NCBI GenBank assembly: GCA_021802765.1 | Contig: JAJZRI010000002.1 | Location: forward strand, 27,299-91,298 | DNA length: 64,000 nucleotides | Source: Candidatus Micrarchaeota archaeon | GTDB lineage: Archaea; Micrarchaeota; Micrarchaeia; Micrarchaeales; CABMGC01 | Reading direction: 5' to 3' | Shown: one piece after another, positions 1 through 6,802 of the stretch | How the letters are laid out: the number at the start of each line of letters is the position of its first letter | Numbering within the stretch: the stretch's first letter is position 1 | The notes under the pieces: model-generated | Seen by the model: only the letters and a program-made list of their open reading frames with translations | Told to the model about the DNA's origin: nothing | The model's database searches: none | Translations under genes and position numbers: made by a program

Positions 1-809
1 ATGTCATCACCTACTAAGTCGACCTCAAGTCCGTAAAGCGCAGGATATGCCTTGTCAAGTCTGCAGACCAGATGCACTATGCTTCCTGGTCTTGGACCAT
101 TTCTGGCAATTCCAAAATGTTTCACGTCCTTTATTATTCTTACTCCCACTCCCTCCTTCCTTATCTTGTCGTATTCCAATCTTCCGCTGTCTATTGCTAT
201 GACTGAAGCACCCTTCTTTGCCAAGAAGAGGCTCCATCCTCCCGGTGCAGCTCCTATGTCAATGGCAATCTTAGGCGCTTTAATCCCAAATTCTCTAAAC
301 GCCTCAATTATCTTGAACTCTGCTCTTGACACCTTTTTTTCCTTGTTCTCCCTGAAAGGATCTATGAATCCATGCGGATGAGTTGCAATGTTTATCCTTC
401 CCCAATAGCACTTGCTATCCATTAACACGCAGTAGGCCAGGGTATCTGCAGATTTCAAATCAATGCTGTATCTAAGTCCTTCAAGCTCTTTGCCTATCGC
501 AACTTCTATGTCCTTTGCAGAGTATCCCCTCTTGCAGTTCACGTCAAAGCACTCAAGCCTAAGCGGTTCTTTCTTGTCAAGTCCAAGCCTGTAAAAACCC
601 TTTTTTATCGAATTTATGTATCTTTTCTGGTCTATCTCATATCCTTCTACAAGCGGAAAGTAGCCGTATATGAATGTTGCCCCGTCCAATTCCCTGATCT
701 TCCTGGAACTTATATCGGCTATCATGAGGTTGTGCTGCTCGCTAATTATCCTTGGACTACCCACTTTCCCTAGCTCCTCAAGCGCGCTTTTCCTAAAGCT
801 GTCTGCATA
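1..809 (-). CDS. SAM-dependent RNA methyltransferase, FtsJ/RlmM-like, with N-terminal THUMP-like region (3' end cut by window edge)
   Basis: Own translation of the minus strand. The frame is open from ATG at 807-809 to position 1, and is absent from the ORF track because it runs off the edge. Sequence: MQTALGKARFEELGKVGSPRII...VSRAEFKIIEAFREFGIKAPKIAIDIGAAPGGWSLFLAKKGASVIAIDSG. The 'SRAxxKxxEA' plus 'D[IL]GAAPGGW' SAM motif I is typical of the FtsJ/RlmM family. Confidence 0.6.
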
Positions 810-891
810 CAAAAATAAGTAGATCATGGTAAACTTGCCCTAAAGCGCCTCATGGACTTAATCAGCATTACTAATATGCCTCAAAGGAAAC

Positions 892-900
892 TATTTAAAT
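892..900 (+). promoter_or_regulatory. TATA box (TATTTAAAT) for the 923 gene; spacing implies a leaderless or near-leaderless mRNA
   Basis: TATTTAAAT is centred about 27 nt upstream of ATG 923. The same 9-mer sits about 30 nt upstream of the paralogue at 3055. Confidence 0.5.
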
Positions 901-922
901 AGTGGTGATTTAATATCTATTT

Positions 923-2770
923 ATGCCTTCTTCGAGACAAAAAGCGGTAGCCAAGAACCACAAAGCAAAACCAGGCAATCCTATAGAAAGGGCGCAAACA
1001 TCAATAGAATATCTATCCACATTCTCAATAGCATTGCTGATAATATTAGTAGTGCTCGCCATGATGGGCCTCAACTTCTTCGGAAACAATTCCGTGCAGA
1101 GCCTTGCTTCATCATCATGCTACCTATCAGCAGGGCTTGAGTGTTCTCAGATTGCGATAACAAATAACGGCGTAGCTGCATCTGCTATAATAATATTCAC
1201 GAACAATCTCGGTAGGCAGATAAACTTCCAGAATTCAAACTCGATAGTGGTGACCTCCGGCACAACGCAGAAGTCCTACTATGGCAACTGCTATCCTGCA
1301 AACGCGGTTCCAGGCGCAACAGTGGTATGCAATGTTACCCTCTCAGGCTACTCCCCTTCAATAGGCGAGCAGCTCAGCCCAACATTCCAGCTAAAGTATT
1401 CAGAGTGCATAAGCGGGCAATGCATTGGCTATAATACTTCAGGAAGCGGAATAACGTATGTATCAACAAATATACCTATTTACAAAATCACGCTTTTAAC
1501 AATTCCCTCTGGAGGAACCGTCTCGGTAAACGGCGTCCCATACCTTAGCAACTCCATACTTTACTTCGTAGGTGACATCTCATATTCAATAGATGCACAG
1601 CCGTCATATGGTGGTACATCATTCCAGGGATGGGTAACTCAGGGCGGCGTCATAGCTTCAAATACGCTCAGGTTGTCATCATCAGCCATAGCATCCTCGA
1701 ACGGCATTCTTGAAGCGTCATACATTCCTCCATCTACTTCTACCACTTCATCCACTTCATCCACCACATCCACCACATCCACCACATCAACCTCTACCGG
1801 AACCTCCACATCCACCACATCCACTACAACCGTCGCCGCCACAAACGCAGCTACCAACGCAGCATCAACAGTGACCACCAACGCAGCTACCAACGCAGCA
1901 TCAACAGTGACCACCAACGCAGCTACCAACGCAGCGTCTTCTACTACTGGCTGTTCATCTGGCACTTCGGTCTACGGAAGCGCCAACATAACGCTCGCAA
2001 ACGGCACAACAATCACTGCCAACCGGATAAGCGCAGGTACGATGATACTCTCCTATAATCTAGTCACGCACATGCTGCAACCATCCCTTGTATCTGGAGT
2101 GTATAAGCTCACTGCGAACAATACATACACCTTTAACAACAAGTTGAAGGTGGACGGGAACGAGATAATGCTAATCAACGGCGTGTGGGCCAGAGCCTAC
2201 ACTGCAAAGGTTGGCGATTACCTCTTCGATCCGCTTACCAATGAGCGTGTGACCATAACGGATATCAATGTGACAAACACCGGCGGCAACGTGTACGACC
2301 TGATAGGGTCCCCGGTAAACAACTACATTGCAAACGGATTCCTGATAGACAAGGACACCACCTCAGGAAGTGACAGCTGCATTTCAGTAACCGGAGATTC
2401 AATGATAACACTAGCAAACGGCGCAACCGAGACCGTGAGCAGCGTGCGGCTAGGCACGCTCGTGCTGGGCTATAATCTACTGACAAAGATGCTTGAACCC
2501 ACTGTGGTCATGTCAACAGACTTCCACAACACCACTACAGAATACATAATCAACGGAAACCTGAAGGTCGACGCAGAGGAACAGCTCATAGTAAATGGAA
2601 CAGACGTGCACGCATCAAACCTGAAGATTGGGGATCACCTCTTCAATCCGCTTACAAATCAGAACGTGGTCGTATCCAGTATAAAGATAATCAATGGCAA
2701 CTTCACTCTCTACGACATAAATACTGCGCCTGTTGATGATTACATCGTCAATAGCTATTTGATAACCTAA
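923..2770 (+). CDS. Class III signal peptide (archaeal type IV pilin-like) surface protein: shared N-domain, S/T-rich linker, two C-terminal Hint-like modules
   Basis: N-terminus is a basic leader, then 'AQTSIEYLSTFSIALLIILVVLAMMG' (QxSxEYL plus hydrophobic helix). A B-repeat-like segment reads 'GGTVSVNGVPY...FQGWVTQGG'. The S/T tract covers aa ~270-343. Two ~130-aa modules each begin with Cys (C344, C486). Confidence 0.8.
   Translation: MPSSRQKAVAKNHKAKPGNPIERAQTSIEYLSTFSIALLIILVVLAMMGLNFFGNNSVQSLASSSCYLSAGLECSQIAITNNGVAASAIIIFTNNLGRQINFQNSNSIVVTSGTTQKSYYGNCYPANAVPGATVVCNVTLSGYSPSIGEQLSPTFQLKYSECISGQCIGYNTSGSGITYVSTNIPIYKITLLTIPSGGTVSVNGVPYLSNSILYFVGDISYSIDAQPSYGGTSFQGWVTQGGVIASNTLRLSSSAIASSNGILEASYIPPSTSTTSSTSSTTSTTSTTSTSTGTSTSTTSTTTVAATNAATNAASTVTTNAATNAASTVTTNAATNAASSTTGCSSGTSVYGSANITLANGTTITANRISAGTMILSYNLVTHMLQPSLVSGVYKLTANNTYTFNNKLKVDGNEIMLINGVWARAYTAKVGDYLFDPLTNERVTITDINVTNTGGNVYDLIGSPVNNYIANGFLIDKDTTSGSDSCISVTGDSMITLANGATETVSSVRLGTLVLGYNLLTKMLEPTVVMSTDFHNTTTEYIINGNLKVDAEEQLIVNGTDVHASNLKIGDHLFNPLTNQNVVVSSIKIINGNFTLYDINTAPVDDYIVNSYLIT
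1841..1941 (+). repeat. In-frame 36-bp tandem repeat, about 2.8 copies, encoding (T)TNAATNAASTV
   Basis: Unit accaacgcagctaccaacgcagcatcaacagtgacc is seen at 1841-1876 (1 mismatch), 1877-1912, and partially at 1913-1941. Confidence 0.9.
1952..2353 (+). other. Hint-like module 1 (aa 344-477)
   Basis: Sequence: 'CSSGTSVYGSANITLANGTTI...KVGDYLFDPLTNERV...GNVYDLIGSPVNNYIANGFLIDK'. It resembles intein blocks A and F/G (VYDLxVxxxHNFxANGxxxHN). The block B TxxH position reads D-G-N-E. Confidence 0.55.
2378..2767 (+). other. Hint-like module 2 (aa 486-615)
   Basis: Sequence: 'CISVTGDSMITLANGATET...KIGDHLFNPLTNQNV...FTLYDINTAPVDDYIVNSYLIT*'. It aligns with module 1 over its whole length. Confidence 0.55.
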
Positions 2771-3020
2771 TACATAAAAATTGCAAATGAATCAAAATCA
2801 ATTGCAATTGCACCAATTCGTAATTCCAGTGTTAATTGCAGAAATTCAGACTCGTAGCATAGTAGTGTATGTTAAGCCTGCAATTTTTGAATAATTTTAT
2901 ATGCCGATATAATAATGCCCTAGGAAAATAGCCGCTAAATGACTACATATGTTGAACTTAGGGACAGATATTGGGAATTAGGAAAGAGATAGTTTTCTGA
3001 AAAATTCGATCAAACGAATG

Positions 3021-3029
3021 TATTTAAAT
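3021..3029 (+). promoter_or_regulatory. TATA box (TATTTAAAT) for the 3055 gene
   Basis: Centred about 30 nt upstream of ATG 3055. Confidence 0.5.
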
Positions 3030-3054
3030 CATACTTAACTATTATATTATAACT

Positions 3055-4617
3055 ATGTCCAGAAACATTCGCAAGAAGGAAAAGTTCCAGGCGTCTATAG
3101 AGTATCTCTCAACGTTTTCAATCGCACTTCTCATAATATTAATAATACTTGCAGTGGTTGGCCTTAATCTTTTCGGAAACAATTCCTTGCAGAACCTTGC
3201 CACATCCTCATGTTACTTGTCAGCAGAACTTCAGTGCTCTCAGATAGCCATATCAAACAACGGCATATCTACCTCAGCAATAATAATCTTCACAAATAAT
3301 TTAGGTAGGCAGATAAACTTCCAGAATTCAAACTCGATAGTGGTGACCTCCGGCACAACGCAGAAGTCCTACTATGGCAACTGCTATCCTGCAAACGCGG
3401 TTCCGGGCGCAACAGTGGTATGCAATGTTACCCTCTCAGGCTACTCCCCTTCAATAGGCGAGCAGCTCAGCCCAACATTCCAGCTAAAGTATTCAGAGTG
3501 CATAAGCGGGCAATGCATTGGCTATAATACTTCAGGAAGTGGGATAACCTATGTGGCCCCAAAGATTATTCTCTATCGTGTAAGGCTTCTTACAAGTCCT
3601 GACGGAGGGACGGTATCGGTAAACGGCGTCCCATACCTTAGCAACTCCATACTTTACTTCGTAGGAGACATATCCTATTCAATAGATGCGCAGTCATCTT
3701 ATGGCGGCACGGTATTTCAGGGCTGGATAACACAGGGTGGGGTCGTCGCTTCAAACACACTCAGGTTGTCCTCATCAGCCATAGCATCCTCAAACGGCAC
3801 TCTTGAAGCATCATACATCCCTCCAACCACATCCACTACTTCTACAACCACAAGTACGACTACCTCAACGTCTTCCACAACCACATCCACCACCTCTCCA
3901 ACTACCTCTTCAACCACCACCTCCCCAACCACCTCCCCAACCACCTCCCCAACCACTTCCCCAACCACTTTCCCAACCACTTCCCCAACCACCTCTCCAA
4001 CCACCTCTCCAACCACCTCCCCAACCACTTCCCCAACCACCAGTGCAACCACCTCCATTTCTTCTACAACTTCCATTACAACCACATCCACTTCCGCTAC
4101 AACCACTTCCATTTCATATGACGTATACTTTGTTGGAAGTCCTTCTGCCGGAGGAACTCCTACTGATGCTTCGGGCCAGACAACCTGTGTTGAATCTGCC
4201 GGCGGTGTTTGCGGAATGTATGCAAATACAAATTCTGGATATACCTTCTCACATTGGACCTGCTCCGGTGGGGCGTGCGCCTCCGCCGGTTACTGCGGCA
4301 CATGTTCCATCACGTCTGCCACAATCTACGGGTCATTAACCTTGACTGCATATTACACATCATCTGGAGGCACAACGACTGTTAACGGATGCAGCAGTTC
4401 CGGAGTCATATATGGAACCAACCAATGCAATGGCGCTTACTATGGTTATTGCTCAAGTCTCGGAACATCATACATATATGAGGGCGGCGCAGCAAATGAC
4501 GGTTGCACCGGATCCACACCCAACTTATGCCACACGTGTGGCGCAACTGATGATCTTGGAAACGTGGAAGGAACTTCAAATGATGATGGCGATAGCTGCG
4601 ACTCCTGGTCCTGTTGA
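3055..4617 (+). CDS. Class III signal peptide (pilin-like) surface protein, paralogue of 923..2770, with (TTSP)n linker and Cys-rich C-terminal module
   Basis: Signal region 'KKEKFQASIEYLSTFSIALLIILIILAVVG'. The N-terminal ~265 aa are collinear with the 923 gene. The C-terminus 'GYTFSHWTCSGGACASAGYCGTCSITSATIYGSLTLTAYY' is B-repeat-like, followed by a Cys/Gly/Asp-rich tail. Confidence 0.8.
   Translation: MSRNIRKKEKFQASIEYLSTFSIALLIILIILAVVGLNLFGNNSLQNLATSSCYLSAELQCSQIAISNNGISTSAIIIFTNNLGRQINFQNSNSIVVTSGTTQKSYYGNCYPANAVPGATVVCNVTLSGYSPSIGEQLSPTFQLKYSECISGQCIGYNTSGSGITYVAPKIILYRVRLLTSPDGGTVSVNGVPYLSNSILYFVGDISYSIDAQSSYGGTVFQGWITQGGVVASNTLRLSSSAIASSNGTLEASYIPPTTSTTSTTTSTTTSTSSTTTSTTSPTTSSTTTSPTTSPTTSPTTSPTTFPTTSPTTSPTTSPTTSPTTSPTTSATTSISSTTSITTTSTSATTTSISYDVYFVGSPSAGGTPTDASGQTTCVESAGGVCGMYANTNSGYTFSHWTCSGGACASAGYCGTCSITSATIYGSLTLTAYYTSSGGTTTVNGCSSSGVIYGTNQCNGAYYGYCSSLGTSYIYEGGAANDGCTGSTPNLCHTCGATDDLGNVEGTSNDDGDSCDSWSC
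3925..4040 (+). repeat. In-frame 12-bp tandem repeat (ccaaccacYtcY, about 10 units) encoding (PTTS)n
   Basis: Units read directly at 3925, 3937, 3949, 3961, 3973, 3985, 3997, 4009 and 4021, with a partial unit at 4033. Confidence 0.9.
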
Positions 4618-4636
4618 TAATTAAATAGGGTATAAT

Positions 4637-5494
4637 ATGGATGAAAAGATAAAACTGCTCATAACTGTATTTTCCATAATACTTGTAATTGTAGTAGTCC
4701 TTTTCTTATATTATGCCGATAATGCCACTTCAAAATTAAATGAATCAAATTACTCCATTTCAAATGTCTCAATACACGCAATGCATTCCATAGGCAGCAA
4801 ACCTAATTTCTCAATAGCTTACCTTGAGTATTCGACATATCCTGTATCGACCCAAACCGGCTATTCAAAAAATAATGGCTCATATTATACTACCTACTCT
4901 AAATACATCTATACTAATTATAGTGGATCATTGGTTCTCAACATCGCGTATCTTATCTCGCCTTATTACAATGCGTCAAGGGTATTAACTGGCATGATTG
5001 AAAATACGCTAAGTGGTGATTACATAAGCTGTTCACGCATGGATGCGTACGTCCTAGTAAATTGTACAAACACCCCTCCAAATCTCCCCTATCCCGGCCT
5101 AGAAGGTACTTTCCTCAATTTCCTAAATTTATCATTGCAAAATAGATACTATTACGTCAACGGTACAGTTCATACTTTTGCAAATCTTTCTTCATCCGAA
5201 ACTACTATCTCAAATTCCAGTTTCATTGGATATCCATGCCAGCTTAGCAGATCGCACATATTTGATGCACAATACCCAAGTATAAACGGAACTTCATATA
5301 GATGCATTTCATCTCAATATGGGGTTCCATTGCTCATATTCATAGACCTGCACGATCCGTATTACAACAATGTCGGCGCAGACATAATACTCAATGTATC
5401 TGCAATTTACATAAACCCAAAAGTTAATGAATCGTACTTTAAGATAGTTACAAACAGGACAGAACTATTCCCTCAAAGTATGATCAGTAAATAG
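4637..5494 (+). CDS. Membrane-anchored (N-terminal TM) extracellular protein rich in N-glycosylation sequons; function unknown
   Basis: TM segment 'LLITVFSIILVIVVVLFLYY'. I count 17 N-x-S/T sequons in 285 aa. It starts 19 nt after the preceding stop, so it is probably co-transcribed. Confidence 0.6.
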   Translation: MDEKIKLLITVFSIILVIVVVLFLYYADNATSKLNESNYSISNVSIHAMHSIGSKPNFSIAYLEYSTYPVSTQTGYSKNNGSYYTTYSKYIYTNYSGSLVLNIAYLISPYYNASRVLTGMIENTLSGDYISCSRMDAYVLVNCTNTPPNLPYPGLEGTFLNFLNLSLQNRYYYVNGTVHTFANLSSSETTISNSSFIGYPCQLSRSHIFDAQYPSINGTSYRCISSQYGVPLLIFIDLHDPYYNNVGADIILNVSAIYINPKVNESYFKIVTNRTELFPQSMISK

Positions 5495-5505
5495 GCGTAT
5501 ATTGT

Positions 5506-6204
5506 ATGCCAAGAAACCATCGAAAGGCAAAATCGCCAAACAAACGCAATGCAGTTGGCAAAACGATAGCCTTAGGCAAAAAAATATCAACGGCCGCGTT
5601 TATAATTATATTGGTTGTTGTTCTGTATTACGCTTCATCTGGCGCTGTTCGTAAGTTTAGCCCTACTACAACATCGCCAAAATTCAACAACGTAACACTT
5701 AACATAACTATGAAAGTGGTTAATGACCAGGCCCTGGCCGTTCCGTTCAATTATTACTGGGCTCTTGGCAATTATACTAAAAATATTGTTGCAACACCAG
5801 ATGGAAATTATTCCTACCTAGTAACCATTACATCAATTGGTAATTGGACTACTTTTAAAGGCCTAATGGACCCAAGGAATACCACTCCAGAGCCAAAAAA
5901 TGGTTCCGGAACATTCATTGAAACCTATTCCTTGCAGGTGCCAGGAAACCTAAACCTATCACGTCCGACAACTGGATTTATCGGCACATATAATTTTAAC
6001 GGGTCATTGCAAAACATTCTTGCAGGCATGCCACCAAGCAACATATTTAACTGGCCCGGAGCGTATTTTAGTACCGGCTTTGAGTATGTGAATTTGATTA
6101 ATGTCAACGAGACGTTCATGTATGGCAATCAGACATACAAGTACCATTATACAAATATTAACGGTCAAATAAATGAGACGCACAGTGGAGACATTTTAAC
6201 ATAG
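5506..6204 (+). CDS. Membrane-anchored (N-terminal TM) extracellular protein, sequon-rich; function unknown
   Basis: Basic N-terminus plus 'ISTAAFIIILVVVLYYA' TM. I count 12 N-x-S/T sequons. It starts 11 nt after the preceding stop. Confidence 0.6.
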   Translation: MPRNHRKAKSPNKRNAVGKTIALGKKISTAAFIIILVVVLYYASSGAVRKFSPTTTSPKFNNVTLNITMKVVNDQALAVPFNYYWALGNYTKNIVATPDGNYSYLVTITSIGNWTTFKGLMDPRNTTPEPKNGSGTFIETYSLQVPGNLNLSRPTTGFIGTYNFNGSLQNILAGMPPSNIFNWPGAYFSTGFEYVNLINVNETFMYGNQTYKYHYTNINGQINETHSGDILT

Positions 6205-6220
6205 CTTTATTGCAAAAATG

Positions 6221-6364
6221 TAGGAAGTTGACAAATAGTCACAAAGCGAATAGAACTTTGTTAAGTAACGAATATGCAAAATTACTTTTGAGACGAAAGT
6301 CTTTTAGAATTTTCAAATGTATGAAATAAAATAAGGCCAATTGAGATCAAATGTCAACTTCCTA
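6221..6364. mobile_element. MITE-like non-autonomous element (144 bp) with 13-bp perfect terminal inverted repeats and 6-bp flanking direct repeat
   Basis: TAGGAAGTTGACA at 6221-6233 and TGTCAACTTCCTA at 6352-6364. AAAATG lies immediately outside both ends (6215-6220 and 6365-6370). There is no ORF inside. Confidence 0.5.
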
Positions 6365-6458
6365 AAAATGGCATAGCGCTATCCTTTTAAACTTAACTTG
6401 CCTATCATTATTGTGAATTCATACTCATTATTATAAACCAAGATGGCCAGGTGAGAAT

Positions 6459-6779
6459 ATGTCGGAATCGAATGCTATAGGACACGTCCAAGATGCTGAG
6501 GCAAAGGCAAAAAAACTTGTTGCAGACGCTGAAAAGAGGAAGGCAGAGAAGATCCAGAAGGCCAATGAAAGAGCAAGGCAGATTGTTGATGAGGCAGAGG
6601 CAAGGGCAAAGCCGCTTCGCGACGACGTCATAAAGAGCGCCACAGAGCAGGCCAATGCAGAACGCGAAAAGAGTCTCTTCGAAGCAAGCGCTATGGCAAA
6701 GAAGGTCCAGAAGGAGGAGCTTGGAAAAAACAGGATAAAAGGCATTGCGGAGAAGGTTGTAAGGCAGATATTTAGTTGA
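6459..6779 (+). CDS. atpH: A-type ATP synthase subunit H
   Basis: 106-aa Ala/Glu/Lys-rich coiled-coil protein, first gene of the atpHIKECFABD order. An AGGTGA Shine-Dalgarno sequence lies 5 nt upstream. Confidence 0.75.
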   Translation: MSESNAIGHVQDAEAKAKKLVADAEKRKAEKIQKANERARQIVDEAEARAKPLRDDVIKSATEQANAEREKSLFEASAMAKKVQKEELGKNRIKGIAEKVVRQIFS

Positions 6780-6802
6780 TTTATTTGTTCCATACAGAGC
6801 CG

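Noticed and set aside
52-381. Track ORFs 52..381 (+) and 55..237 (-).
   Set aside because: They are alternative frames or the antisense strand of the methyltransferase gene, low-complexity, and without motifs.
778-828. ATG at 826-828 (minus strand) as the start of the edge gene.
   Set aside because: Codon-by-codon reading shows that this frame hits TGA at 778-780 after 16 codons. The long open frame is the one starting at ATG 807-809, which carries the AAPGGW methyltransferase motif.
3717-4339. P/Q/L-rich ORF 3803..4339 (+) and V/E/G-rich ORF 3717..4112 (-).
   Set aside because: They are frame-shifted or antisense readings of the (TTSP)n coding repeat. The in-frame reading continues a protein with a clear signal peptide and a paralogue.
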